From assembly GCA_965178125.1 (NCBI GenBank), contig OZ237774.1, forward strand, positions 248,001-312,000: a stretch of 64,000 nt of DNA. Reading direction: 5' to 3'. Origin of the DNA: Bilabrum cf. latius (taxonomy: Eukaryota). Shown piece after piece: positions 27,030-40,489 of this stretch (position 1 is the first letter of the stretch; every line of letters starts with the position of its first letter). Under the pieces are notes generated by a model. That model was not told where the DNA came from. It searched no databases and saw only the letters and a list, made by a program, of their open reading frames with translations. Position numbers and translations under genes: made by a program.

Positions 27030-30000
27030 TCACCCGAAAGCCACCGCTGCCAGAGGAACCGCGGCCCGACTTTCACCATCACCAGCGCCACTGGACGCGC
27101 CTGATCCTGCCTCTCCATCGCCTACCTGCCAGGCCATGCTGAATCCCTCTCGCTATGGCGAGACCCTGGCATCCTGCTCTTCTGTTGCGGGGCCAGCGCC
27201 AGAAGGATCGGCGAGAGTGTCAGCGGAATCACGCCCCGGCTCCCTGCCGGCATGCGAGTTCATCCCCCCCGCGCGTCTCACTGGCCGGATCTAATCCGAC
27301 TTTGCCGCACCTACGCACGTCTTAGAAAATCCTACCGCCCTCCTTTTGCCCCTGTGTCGCCCCCGCCCCGCCTTGGTGGGCGGTGTCGCCCCCGTCTGAC
27401 TGGCAGCTGCGGATGACCCGGCACCAGCAGCCGCTGCTCCTGAAAACTGCTATCCTTCCTCGCCAGTAGTACCGGCGGAGCTAGAGATTGGCGAAACCAC
27501 GCCCTGTCTGGAGACGGTGCTTCCGTGAACGGCACATGAAGTGCCTGCACTTCCCCCAGCCACGTCCCCTCCCGTTGCCTTCCCGCCTTGTGACTCCAGA
27601 GGCAAGTTCAACGGAGTCCACAGCAGGTCCATTGCAGGGCTGTACCTCCTCTTCACACCTATGTAGCGAATGGGCCGATAGACGCTATGAATCGAATCAG
27701 CCCCAGCAGTAGCGTGAGGCCAAACTGCACCGGAGCATGCATCGGTGCTGGGCGATACACCGGAGCTGGATACTGCGGCAGATGTGGCGCGTACCTCAGC
27801 CCCCGACGCACGCACATGTTCCTTGGCGATACTAGGCACGGATACTTTAAGCTTGCTGAGTCCTGACACTGCTTGCGCCGCATTCGAATCCACCATGCGG
27901 GGGCTGCCCCTGCTACCCTCACCAGATCCACCACACAGCCCAGCGAGCGTCCCTCCATTTCCCCCTAGCATACGGGCTACCGCAGCACCAAAGCGGGTGC
28001 GCAGCCCGTCCACAGCCTGCCGTAGCTCCCACGGATCAGATATACGCACCTTGCTAAGCCAAACCTCCGAGCTACCGCTTCCTGATATACCAACCGGCTC
28101 AGTGCCAACGGACGAGACACCACAGCCGGTCTCCCTCGGCTCGATTGGTGGGGCACTATCACCTATCATCAAGTGCAGCAGCCTGACAGCACACGCGTGT
28201 GCCCTCGCGAAGTCCTCCTCGGCCCGATTCACCCACCCCTCCGACCACTCCACCGATCGTTTGGCGATGCTCGAGTGTTCTTTCCACCGCAGCGCATCGA
28301 TGCAGGCAGCGGCGGAGTGCAGGCGCTGCATGGCTGCCTTGGGCAACGGGATCCACTGTGCCGGTCGTTTCTCTAGTTCTTCCTCGTCCACGTCCTCCTC
28401 CTCCTCCTCACCCTCCTCACCCTCCTCACCCTCCTCACCCTCCTCACCCTCCTCACCCTCCTCACCCTCCTCACCCTCCTCACCCTCCTCCTCATCCCCA
28501 GATCCAGTGTCAGATGTGGAGCCAGCCTCAGGCTCAGTATCAGGTTTTGCATTCGAGTCCGCATCGCCAACAGCCACGGCGATCACTTCAGGCTAAGACA
28601 GTGCACCAGCTGCTTTCTCTGGCATTCCAGCAGCCGATTCCTTCCCGCCGATAGAGCTATGTTTCTCTTGCTTATCGTGCATACCAACCGGTGCTCTCCG
28701 CCGATACAGCCTCCGAATCCTGGGCCGCTAAATGGTCCCAGCAGCCGCACTCAGATCGCTTCTCCTTCGGTGGTGGCGGGTGCGGTCGGCTGCCGCCGCA
28801 ACATACCTGTGACGCGATGCGCAGGCACGCTCCTCGTCTTGCAGGTGCCTTAGACTCGCGCGATAGGCCAGTAGGGCCTCTCCTTTCCTCTGCACCCTGC
28901 CCAGCATAGCCTCAATCTGCACCCAAATCTTGGAGGACAGCCAGCCCAGGTCCAGCCACAGCCCGCCGCTTGACTCGCGTGCCCACGCAATCACGCTGCT
29001 CAGCGGGACAAATAGCTCACAGGCATCATGAGAATCTTCTGATGCATCGATGCTGGCAATATCGCCCTTTTTCATACCATCGCTACTGCTAGCCCCGCCA
29101 CCGATCACACCCTGGCCGCAGTTCGACTTGGGCTTCCTAATGCAGCGGCAGCGGATCCCGCAGCTGGCAAGACGAGAGGCGAGCATGGCCCCCGTGCCCC
29201 TCGCTCCCTCCCTCACGCCCTCCAACCGGTCCTGCTTCTCCGAGTCCAAAACTTCTTGCCAGAGGGCTCGCATTACCAGCTCAGCGCACTCGGTATGCTC
29301 GTGCAAAACTGCTGCTGTCAGCGGATCCGCGCGTGCTTCTAGTACTTCCAGCGCTTGGCAGTCTGTGATGTCTTGTGCGGCACCATCGCTGCCGATAGTT
29401 CCTAACGAACTCCTACTGTTCTCCAGCACTGACTGGACGCCAGCCAGATCGACCCTGCGCTTGCTCACTGTGCCTCCAGCAAGCCTACCCAACCTCAGCC
29501 GCTTGGCTAGCTCCATAGGCCTACCTTCGCTGGCTGCCTTGAACACCATGGTAGCGTCTCTTTGCACATCCGAGGCCCTTCGAAACCTAAGCAGAGCATC
29601 TACCCTGGGCCAGGATGTGTATTTCCTGGCATACCTGATGCATTGATCGTCGGGAAACAGCCGCACCAGGTGCCACAGAAAGACCTTCGCACTCTTGCGC
29701 GAGAGAACCTCCGCCGCTGTCACCTCTGGGTGCTTGATTGCTACGATGTACAGGCCGGGAATCTGATCGAAGCGGTCCGTTGTATCGGACTGCTACTTGA
29801 CGAGCAGCATCGCCACCAGCGTGCTCATCGAATGCATTCTCATCGACATGATCTGCTCCTCTGCGTCCGCCCCATGCTTACACAACTCCAGTACCATGGC
29901 CGGGTCTGCTGCCAGTCGTGCATATGTGAGCGGATAGCCGTGCTGCTCAACTTGAAGACGAGAACGAAGCGCGCATGTCGTGCGGCATTGAATGCGACCA

Positions 30001-32820
30001 GCAATTACGAGGCTTAAAATGGCCGGCATCTGGTGCATCTATTTCCATACAAGTAGTCTCACCTGGTTTTGTGCTTCCACGTCAGCCCCGCAGCTCAGCA
30101 GCAGCGAGACAGCTTCCTGCCGCCGCATCGCTGCTGCCATGGTCAGCGCGCAGTCGCCTTGCTGCAAGTAGTGGGAAATATTAAACCTTAAAATCATAAA
30201 CAGTATATGCGACTGGAGTTACGACACGGCCATCGTATGTCACACGCCAGGCTAGGATATGACGGTGGGGCTGGCTGCTGTGCGGGTCGCCAGCAACGCG
30301 ATCGCTGGAACAACTCACCCTGAGCTTCGAGTCTAGGCACGCTCCACAGTCAAGCATGTACCGAAGTATATCTGTCTGCCCACAATAGGCGGCCGAGGAG
30401 TGTCCTGAGAAGTCCTGCGGTGCTTCGTCTTAAATGTGCACACACAGCACAGCTCGGCCGGTGCGGTCTTCCTCAAATCGGCACCGCAACTGGCCCCGTT
30501 CCCCACAACGGGCGATACCGTGTAACGAGGGTCCATCCAAGCAGCGGAGAATAGACGCGATAGAACGAGCGATATACTCACCGTACCTGGCCTCTGTATT
30601 TCGGCACCATGCTTCATCGATGACATGTAGGCCTCATCGAGCTGGCCGTTGGTGGTGATCGCTAGCAGCGTAAGCCCGCCCTGCGAAATAGAGGTCGGAA
30701 TGATACAGATTGCCAGCACCTTAGCTTTCTTGGCATTGCGCTGTACGCAGAGCGACCAAATCGTTGTGGAAGACTGTTGATCTACGTAAATACCTTAATC
30801 TCGCATCAGCCCCATCCCACACTGGCAATGTCTCCCGGGGATCAGGGCAACGGTAGCGTGCACACGTGCAATTCTCACAGTGTCCACCGCGCCTACATCC
30901 GCTCCTTGCTCGAGCATCATTTTAACGCATCCGTGGTGCCCAGAAGACGCAGCAGCAACTTGGAGCGATCGGGTCATCAGCTGCGCACAGAATGCGGGCG
31001 AGAGCGGCATGCACAGCGATGTGATAGTGACTGGATCTGATCGAGACAATTTCACTATGGATACACAGTTTTCAAAAGGGCATTAACGTTTTGTGTGTGT
31101 GCGTGTAATGCTCACAAGGTCAGGCAGACCACACCCGTGCCACTCCAGCAGGAGCTCCAGGACGCGTTGCATGCCCCAAGACGCGGCAACGTACACTGGC
31201 TCGCTTGCTGTCTACTGCGGAGGCGGTGCAAGCTGAGTGTGATATTTGTAGCGCGGACTAGAAGGCATTGGCTGTAAAACCTGCAATCGGTCACCTCTAT
31301 TTGTACGGGGGAGCGAGGGCAAACTTTGCGATCTCCCGAGCCTGTGACTTGCAGTCGAGTCGGTCTGCAGAGGGCTAGCCGCTGCGGCCCAAGCAAGCTA
31401 TTGTTGCCCAGTGGAATGGAGGAAACGATGCAATACACCCATCCTACAATACTCACATCGATGCTGATCTCGTGCTAAACTCTCTCGTCACACACCAGAG
31501 TGCCATGCCGCAGCAGAACCCTGCATGCATCAACGTGACCGTTCGATGCTGCCCAGCGCAATGGGGCCCGCTGCCCCTGTGGTTCGAACATGTATGGTCA
31601 TGACGGCGAAATAGTGCGGCATGATTCACAGCACCCTTGAAGCAGATGTAGAGTCGAGAAGCAGAACCAACCAGAGCAAAGAACAGTATCAACCAGCCCA
31701 TGGATTCACTCACCGCCTCCATTTCTGCCCCGCGCTCTAGCAGCAGCTCGCAAATGTCGGCCCTTCCGTTGCTGGCGGCAACACCGAGAGGAGTGTGTCC
31801 TATCTGCGGTTGGACGGGCGGGGGGTGGGGGGGGCTTTGTAGTTGCGAACAGAAAGGTCGCCTTACTTCAGCATTCGCAGCCTGAGTGCAGGCTTGCTGG
31901 AGCACTGCTGCCCACTTCACCCCTAGGCCATCTGCGGACACACGTCGTGGCACCCTTCAACCCGACGCGCGAAACCAACAAACAGCACAAACCACGAGTC
32001 CACCTCACCTCAACCTGCGAAGATACCTCAGGGTTGGCGCCCATGTCCAGTAGCACTCGGCATGTCTCCAAGTATCCGTCGTCCGGTGGCCCCCGTGCAC
32101 TACCGCTGCTGTGGGGGGGATCATCGACGATCTTAGCATGCTTGCATGCTATGAATAGAGCTGTCAGTCCATTCTGCGAGTTATGATTAGTCTGGGACAC
32201 TATACCAAGATCTTGACAAGCGGCTCGGCTTGGTGGCTGCTGGCTCCAGCCACAGCCACAGGGCAGCTGCTGGAGAGATCCAGGGCAGCACTGCGGGCCA
32301 GTTGCTATACCACTACCGCTATATACACATGCCCGAGGGTTTTATACACTTAAAGTACATGCTAGCAATCGTAAATTGCGAGAGATACACTCAAGATTGG
32401 CCCGCGGGCCAGCAGAACTAGCCGCTGCCTGCTGCAGATTCTTACCCCATCTTTACTGTCCACATCAGCGCCTGCCTAGCCGATGAGTAAGCGGCATACG
32501 TCAGATAACCCAATTGCCGCAGCCGCATGCAGAGGGGTCCAGGCCACCTGCAGTCGGGGGGCTTTTTAGTGTACATTGCTGTGTGCTTGAACAGGTGAGG
32601 CAACAATACACATAAAGAATTGCCGCATGCAGGAGACTCTCACGGCATGAGTACCCGTGCGATTTGCCCACTGCAACCCGCTTGCTTTTGGCAAATCATC
32701 GATATGCTCGGTCTGGTTTCGCAGTGAATCCAAAAGTGCTTCGAGATCATGTGAAACGACAGCGTGATGAATCGAGTTCTCCCCAGAATCTTCTGACCAT
32801 GCCCAACCCAGAGTCGACCT
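27030..32820 (-). CDS. Multi-exon ankyrin-repeat protein with long acidic/disordered C-terminus (5' end uncertain)
   Basis: Ankyrin exons VAWTPLHAAAAIGLSDVCRLLIG*AGADVDSKDG (32446-32547), GLTALFIACK..LLDMGANPE, IGHTPLGVAASNGRADICELLLERGAEMEA (31714-31803) and QGDCALTMAAAMRRQEAVSLLLSCGADVEAQNQ (30063-30161). The last exon joins ORFs 29793-30038, 28728-29723 and 27450-28586 in one frame via TAGs at 29793, 28728, 28593, 27450 and 27291. TGA at 27030. Confidence 0.7.
28402..28490. repeat. 9-bp tandem repeat (CCTCCTCAC)n encoding GEE repeats on the minus strand
   Basis: Directly visible, about 9 copies. Confidence 0.9.
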
Positions 32821-33541
32821 GCATTTCAGACGCTAGCAACTGACTGCATGAGTGCTTACATTTTCTGAAAAGGGCCAAGAAGTGCGTTGCTTGCGGTGGT
32901 GCATCCAGGCTTGCAACTCACATACAAGGAAACGTTAGTGCCGCAGCCACAACTGATATCACGCCAATCAGTTTAATCGCGACCAGCAAAGTTTTGCTTG
33001 TGTAACACTATGTCGATCTAAAAACGAGCCGTTCCTGCAGTCGCCTGATGGACACCAAACCGGAACCATCAACAAGACTGGAGGGCAGGAGGGAGGGGCA
33101 GAGGCGGCCTCTGAGTGGCCCACAAGTCGAACAACCCGCAAGAATCCTCCATCCGGTATGCATTTTAAATATCCATCCGTTGGAACCAGCCTTCTGGCCG
33201 GGCAAATTTGACAATGGTGGGACACCGACACCCCTCCCTGCGTGTTCCCATGCCAATGAAGCGTACGACCCGTGTTGGCCCCGGCGGAGGGTTCCGAATC
33301 GCCCATTCTCTATGAAGACACGTCCAGCTGTAACACGCAGTAGGTCGGACTAAAACAGGCTGCTACTTGTGCCCGCACACTGGAGTACCCCAGGGTGCTC
33401 CATCACACCAGCATGAACAGGGGCCTAGAAATGTACCACGGCGTTGGCAAGCTCCGTATTATTATTTAAAAAACACTTCATAGACAAGAACATTGCTCAC
33501 GAAGCAAATACCCGCAGGGTGGATTGTTATCAAAGCAAAAA

Positions 33542-33612
33542 CGACCCGCCCGGGGATCGAACCCGGGACGTCACGGCGACAACGTGAAGTTTTACCACTA
33601 TACTAGCGGGCC
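33542..33612 (-). tRNA. tRNA-Asp(GTC)
   Basis: Minus strand GGCCCGC TA GTAT AGTGGTA AAAC T TCACG TTGTCGC CGTGA CGTC CCGGG TTCGATC CCCGG GCGGGTC G. It forms a full cloverleaf with GTC anticodon and G discriminator, and a T5 Pol III terminator follows. Confidence 0.93.
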
Positions 33613-33771
33613 AACACTGTGTGACTACGTTCGGAGGCAACGAATTGATGTATATATTTTCATTATGACTATCCAATACAGGTTTCCGATGTAAAAAATA
33701 CAGTTGAAAAACCTTGTAATGGTTTCCGCAGAGAAGGGATACTATGTTGCGCTGCTGGTAATCTGATACCC

Positions 33772-34785
33772 ATGAAGTATGCTAAGGTTGGAATCGTAGT
33801 CATGGGCGGCTTCCGGGGCATTGGAGCAGCTACTGCGAAAAACTTGCTTCTAAAGTATGGCGTGGGCCATGTTGCAATCACGGGAAGAAACGCTGCGGAA
33901 GGTGAAATCGCAGCGCATAATCTAAGGTAGTGCATAGATCGGGCGACAACTACCGGAGCGGCTGAGTAGACTGTTAGCGCGCACGTCTTGGATCTGTCCG
34001 TGTGCAGCAGCCATAAAGGATCGCCAGGGCACTTAGTCGGAGCGTTTCAGAGTAGTTCGTACGCAGAGGATGTTGCAACGAGATCGGATGAGGTTCTCAA
34101 TGAGGTGCAGGAAGCTCTGCGGTAGCACCCGTCCCAGCCACACATGTGCTCGCTTGCTCTAGTGGCTGGAGCGTCGCAAGACGGGCTCCTCGTTAGGTAG
34201 CGGCCCGATGTGTTAGAGCAGCAGATGCGTGTCAACATGTTAGGCCCGATGATCTTTGCCAGGCAGTTTGCGAGGCGAGCATGGCTGCGACCACCGCCTT
34301 CATCGAGACCAGGTGATCCTGCGAGCGAGCAGATGGTACGTAGCGAGCAGCTGCCGCCCCCTCCACAATCCGCTCGCTCCCTTCTCGCGATTGGTTCCGT
34401 GGCAGGTGCGCGCGGTAATCCAGGGCAATGCGGCTACGCAGCAGCAAAGGCGGGATTGGGCGGGTTTGTGCGATCGTTCGCGGCCGAGATGGGCCCCCGG
34501 GGGGTCCGGGCGAACCTGCTGGAGCCAGGTCTTGTGCGCACCAGGATGACGACAGGGGGCCATGATGGGGTGACGAGTGGTGACTCTCCGCTCCTGCGGG
34601 CTGGCGCGGCTGCGTCCCCGCTGGGTCGCGTGGCGGGAGCGGATGAAGTTGGCGGAGTGGCGGCTTTCATGCTTGTTGCCGAGGAGGCTGCATTCGTCAC
34701 AGGGGCCACGTGGACGGCAGATGGGGGTATCGGTCTAGGGCTTGGAGGCGCTGGAAGCGACTCAACGGCAAGCGGCCGCCGGTGA
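33772..34785 (+). CDS. Short-chain dehydrogenase/reductase, FabG/CBR4-like
   Basis: The Rossmann motif VMGGFRGIG at the start is in frame with GSVAG...GNPGQCGYAAAK and the closing ADGG. The frame passes four TAGs (33928, 33967, 34123, 34198) and ends at TGA. Confidence 0.85.
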
Positions 34786-35034
34786 CCGGTGTGTATTGCA
34801 CAGAGATGTCAGCATGATCGTGCGAACTTTTGGTAGAGTTTGGGGAGCATTCGGGATAGTGTAGGGCCAGATAGAATTAGTATATGTTTGATATCTCACT
34901 ACATGAGCTATTGCTGCAGGATAGGCCAAACAATCCTCCGTGTTGGGCAGCTTGGACCCCAAACCCGGAAAAGAAAGGGGAACAGCTGCCCAAAAGCAAC
35001 TGGGGCACTTGCCCCGCTACAAGTCGGTGCAACC

Positions 35035-35709
35035 ATGGATGAAAAGAAACTTTCTTCTTACTATGATCAGATCAAAGCCATGGCCCCACAGTCGCGCCGT
35101 GGTGGTCTCGGTACGGCCGGCGCAATGCGTAAAAGCAAGGGTAAGGGCTCCTCTGCTGCAGATGCAGAGTTTGTCCCGGACTTCCGAGGATAGAAACCGA
35201 AGTCTTACCTATACAACAATTTTGTCCCAGCTGGTTTCAAGAAGGCTGGAACGTTCAAGTTTGATGAGGACGGCGAGGTTGTTGAGGAGGCTGCGAGCTC
35301 TGGGAAGGGAAAGAAGTCAAAAAAGGACAAGAAATCCAAGAAGGACAAGCTGTCCAAAAAGGAGAAGAAAGTCAAGAAGGAAAACCCATCTAGCAAGGCC
35401 GCCAAGCCAGAGAAGAAGTCGAAGGCAGGCAAGAAGCGTGGCAGAGATGAAGCAGAGGAAGAGGCTGCAGCCGGAGCTGCAAGCATCGACCAGGGGAACA
35501 AGAAGAAGCGGCGCAAGGAAGCAAAGACCGTAACCGGTAGTGCTCCCATGACAGACGATTCGGGGCCGAGCAGCCAGCAGGACAAGAAGTTCAAGCGGCA
35601 CAAGGCACTCAAGCAGGAGAAGGGGACCAGCAAGAAGTCTGCCTCCAAGAAGAGCAAGAAGGAGAAGAAGGAGAAAAAAGAAAAGAAGAGCAAGAAGGAA
35701 AGCTCATGA
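35035..35709 (+). CDS. Lysine-rich, probably nucleolar protein
   Basis: MDEKKLSSYYDQIK...DFRG*KPKSYLYNNFVPAG followed by KKE-rich tracts. One TAG at 35191; ends at TGA. The start could lie further upstream. Confidence 0.65.
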
Positions 35710-35895
35710 GTCCCTGCAACCTTCCTCACTGTACCACCCACACCCAGCCAGACCCCGGGCCTGGGGCGGTGCTGCAGCATACCATCCCTGCCGGTGGAAC
35801 CAACTGCCAACTGGCAGGACTTGTGGCAGTGGCAGGCAATCCTCCCGAGTGTCTGCATTGTGCAAGGCGATGCAGTCTGTACAGGTGACGATGAG

Positions 35896-36007
35896 GCTGG
35901 TGCTTGTGCTGGTGCTGGTGCTGGTGCTGGTGCTGGTGCTGGTGCTGGTGCTGGTGCTGGTGCTGGTGCTGGTGCTGGTGCTGGTGCTGGTGCTGGTGCT
36001 GGTGCTG
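35896..36007. repeat. Hexanucleotide microsatellite (GGTGCT)n, ~18 copies
   Basis: Directly visible; intergenic. Confidence 0.95.
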
Positions 36008-36618
36008 ATTGCGCATTCACAGTAGTGCCCTGCGAAAGCACGCACCATGATGATGGCTTCGCGGTTCCAGGTGATGGGCACTTGCTAGCCCGCCGCACCG
36101 TGCGCGGCTCGGCTGCATCCAGGGATAGCAAGTACTAGCAGAGGTGGGGTGGGGTGGGGTGGGGTGAGGGTGACCCCTACAGGAGGGGTGGTATTGGCGG
36201 GCCTCGGCAAACGGCCAGCGTGTGGCTTGAGCAGGCCCCGCGGCCACTGCCAGTGGCACTCCTTGGCAAGCCGCACTGCACCGCGACATGATGGAACCGA
36301 ACCGCAGTCATGCGCTGCATTGTCGTGCCGGAAGCAGAGCACTGCGCTCCGCTCCCAGCCATTGGTAGATGCGGTGTGAGCACTGTGCTTTGATTAGTTT
36401 TGGTGGCACGCGATTCCTGACACCCTCTGGTAGTAACTCCAAGATCTGGCGTATATGATGTGAGTGCCAAACATACGATACATTCCAATGCAAGTATCGT
36501 ACTAGACACATCTATCGCGAGCTGCGCAGGATTTGTGCACTGGCGCCGCGCGTCGATCCAGATAGGTTCCGCTATTGGCGTGCAGCAACTACCGCGTCCA
36601 TCCTTATCCTCAGCTGAA

Positions 36619-39471
36619 ATGCCGACGAAAATCGAAATCCGAAGGAAATTTCGGACGATTTGGATTTCATTGTTGATTGGTACGGTCACTGCGGGGGTTC
36701 TAGTCGCCGTATTTCTGTCCCCTGCACAAACTAATCGTAAGGTTGTTGGATGCTGGACTATTACACCCCGACGGGTGGATTGACCCTAGAGAGCCATGAT
36801 CCGTGTGATTCATGCCACCTTAGGTGTAAATGGAAGTATTGTTAATGTAATCAACCCACTACTTGTGTCATTTTGGCTTCCAATCTGCGCCATGCTGTTG
36901 AGTAACCCGGCCTAGCCGTTGCCTCATTTGGAGCCATGGATTGCACCGTGCCCTAATTTACAGCGGCGCTGAGCCTGATTAATTGAATACATTCTGTTTC
37001 AAGCGCATACTAGGAGCACATGATTTGTAGTGCTGCAATCGTAGCCTGGCAATGCGTATGCATCGTTCGCATTGCCTTGCATCGTGCCTGCGCGTCGCAG
37101 AGAAGGACGCCGTGACGCCTGGCCGATCCCTGCAAGAGGAAGAGGAGTCTGAGGAAGTGTCAACATACCCTGACGAACTGTTCACCGATGATCAGCTCAA
37201 ATCGGGAGCCATCGCACTGCACATCATCGGTTGCATTTACACCTTTCTGGCACTGAGCATCGTCTGCGACACGTTCTTCGTGCCGGCGCTGGAAGTCATG
37301 ATCGAGGTATTTTAGCTGTCAGATGACGTCGCGGGCGCCACCTTGATGGCATCGGGAGGGAGCGCCCCCGAGCTTGCGACCTCTTTCGTTGGCACGCACT
37401 TGGCGAAGAACGGCGTGGGGTTCGGCACCATCGTGGGCAGCGCCATCTTCAACGTGTTGGCTGTGCTATCGGCGTGCGCAGTATTCGCCCCTGGAGGTGA
37501 GTGTTCCCCTACATGTGCAACGGCGGGTCATGATCGATGCACAAGCATGGGAGTTGCCCAGCCCACGCCCATGCCTGCGTCTGTTGCACCACCATGCAGA
37601 GCACACTCACACCCATCGCCATCGTCACACAATAACACTCGTCACACACCCTCGCAGTTCTGCCCCTGACCTGGTGGCCCCTGTTCCGTGACTCGAGCTG
37701 CTACGGGATCGGGCTAGCCGTGCTGTACGCCTTCTTCCTGGATGGTGTGATTTTCTGGTGGGAGGCCATGGTGCTGCTGCTGATGTACTGCCTGTACGTG
37801 CTAGTGATGGCGTACAACGTTGAGCTCTTCAGGTTCGTCAGGAAGAACGTTCTGTGCCAGAACTACAGCTAGGAGGAGAAGAAGGAGGCGGCAGAGGAGG
37901 CAGAGACCATGGGCCTGGTCACCGAGATCGACCAGGCGGCTGACCGGATGCAGATCATCGGGACAGAGATGCCGGACTCGTCGGAGATCGACCCGGAATC
38001 GATAAGCAAGGGAGCTACAGGCGGCGGGGGTGCCGGCTCGAGGGGCGGCGGATAGCAGCAGGGCACCACGGCTGCCCGTTCCAACCAGGTCGCGCCCATC
38101 TCCAGTCGGGGGGCCTCGGCCCCTCCCACCGATCGAGGGAACAAAGCCAAGGCATCTGAACGCCGCGTCAAGCAGAAGCGGGGTTCGCTGGCCCTGGATC
38201 GGTCAGCGGCTGGACTGGGCATGGCCCGAGCGCGGTGCACCTTCCATGGTCACGTGCTGCACTACATGCTGAGCAACATGGATCCCGTGGGCCTGGGTCC
38301 CTTTCAGCAGAAGGACAAACGGCTTCACCGCGCGGCGCAAATCGTGCTGCGTTCAAGCAGGACGCAGGGCGGGATCAAAGACAAGCTCAAGAAGCTGGGT
38401 GGCATCGACAAGAAGAAGAGGCTGGTGACAGAGGCCGACATCGAGGCAGAGGGGGATGGATAGGCCCCCGCCAGCACGAAGGAGAGGGAGAAGAGGAGGA
38501 GCATCGCACTGCAGCGCGCCACGGTGGGCGTATTTGCGGAGAGCGCGATGGGAAGCAAGGTAAGGACCGCGCTCAGCAACAAGAAGGAAGAGGACGGTGA
38601 CGGAGACAGTGACCAGGGCCAGGGCGAGACACCCGGCGGACCCACGGACGCCAAGGCAAAGGCTGGCACCGGCGGAACGGTGTCGCCTGCTGGTGACTCG
38701 CCTCCGGATGCGGTTGGCATCGACTCGGGGGCCGCATCGAGCGAGATGGAGGATAATGAGGGCACAACTAAAGGCACAGGTGGGCCTGATGGCAGCAACG
38801 ACGATGACAAGAAGAAAGAAGATGAGGAAGGTGGGGATGGAGAAGAGAACGAGGAGACGATCGAGGACCTGATGAAGTGGCCCGACACGCTTCCTGCTCA
38901 GATCATGTACGTGATCTCGGCGCCGCTCGTGTGGAGCATGGCTTACACCATCCCGGATGTGAGGCTGTCCGACAGCCACAAGAAGTTGTACTTGCTTGCT
39001 TTTGTGATGAGTATTGTGTGGATCGGAGGCACGTCCTATTGCATGGTGTGGTGGATCGACACGGTGGGCAGAGTGCTCGGGATACCCCCCGTGGTGCAGG
39101 GCCTCGTTGTGCTGGCGCCCGCCACCAGCATACCTGATTTGCTGACGAGCGTGATCGTGGCGCAGCAGGGGTTAGGAGACATGGCGGTGTCGTCGTCCAT
39201 CGGCTCCAACATCTTCGACATCCTGATTGGCCTGCCGTTGCCTTGGATTACCTTCACTGCCTACAACGGCGGTGAGATTGCTGTGGGCAACGACAGCCTC
39301 CGGTTCAGCGTGTTCATGCTGATCCTGATGCTGGGCACGACCATAGGCATCATCGCAGCGTTCCAATGGAAGATGACAAAGTACCAGGGAATCGTGTTCA
39401 TGACCTTCTATGGGATCTTCGTGCTCGTGTCTCTGCTCATCGAGTATGAGCGGATCTCGGCGCCGTTCTGA
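36619..39471 (+). CDS. K+-dependent Na+/Ca2+ exchanger (NCKX/SLC24 family)
   Basis: Alpha-1 repeat [30 protein letters not shown] and alpha-2 repeat [35 protein letters not shown]. Introns 36737-37100 and ~37497-37657. TAGs at 37313, 37870, 38053 and 38461; ends at TGA. Confidence 0.92.
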
Positions 39472-40489
39472 GCTTGTGGGGCCCTTTGCCGCCGGAACAT
39501 GTGCGACATCTAGCCGAATTGACTGCGACAGTTGAGACGGCGGTTGCGTCGGGGCGCAGGTGACCAACAGGCGGACGCGCAGTATCATCAGAGACACCCA
39601 GGCACCCGAGCACTAGCGCAGTATCGTTGCCACCCCTTGGTGCATTGCAATTTGGTGAAGGATGGGTAGCTTGATGAGAGTGGTGGCGTCGACGCGAAGT
39701 TCCACGCCAGGCTTACCTGTGGTCAAATCATGCGAAGCGTCTCGAAGCCCGCAGGCGGGGGTCATGCCAAAGACCTTTTTGCCTAACTGACGCCATGTGT
39801 TGTACGGCACACAACACGGGCACTTTGCCCATTCGGCCAGCCGCTGTGGGCCGACTTGCAGCACCGGAATGCGCAGTTCGAATGCCGGCTTACCAAGCGG
39901 GGCCTTGCTGGCTGCATCATCGCCTTATGGGGGTCAGGTTACAGCGAACTGGACGAATGGAGCCCTCGGTCTGTGCGCTGATGAGGCACAGTGGCAATGC
40001 ATAAAACTGTAGGCGGATTTGTTCCTGAGATGTACGTTAGCTATGGCTGTCTCATATCACGGCTTGGGGATTGCATCTGCTACACCCTGAGCTCCGAAGT
40101 TAGTATCCAGATCGGATCTGAACCGGATCTGGCAACCAGGCGGCCAGGGCTTCACCCCTGCAGCCTAGTCCATTAGGATTCCTGATCTATGGATGGACAT
40201 CAAGAGGTGCGTCCTAAGGTGCATGGCATCCGGTCGGATCCAAGGATAAGGCATCCGGGGTGGGTGTCTAAGTCAAGCCGGCTTATACCCGGTATTCAAC
40301 AAACTGACCAAACATCCTGTATGAGGTTTTGCTTCGCTTTTCAGAATCACGTCAACTCGATCGTCGCTTTGCAAAGTTCAAGGATCCGGATTCGTGATAG
40401 CTTCCGTGGATTTGACGATTTACTGAAGTGAGACATCCTTATTTCACAAACTCTTGTCTTGTGCATAGTATCTGTTTCAAATCGGCTTC

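Noticed and set aside
33542-33612. Possible amber-decoding (CTA) tRNA
   Set aside because: The anticodon loop is TTGTCGC (GTC, Asp). I saw no CTA-anticodon tRNA in this window.
35704-36138. ORFs encoding poly-AP, ST, QH or GA
   Set aside because: Artefacts of the (GGTGCT)n microsatellite, with no other coding evidence.
39600-40440. GGATC-rich intergenic stretch with a small imperfect hairpin at ~40107-40132
   Set aside because: Too short and irregular to call an ncRNA or MITE.
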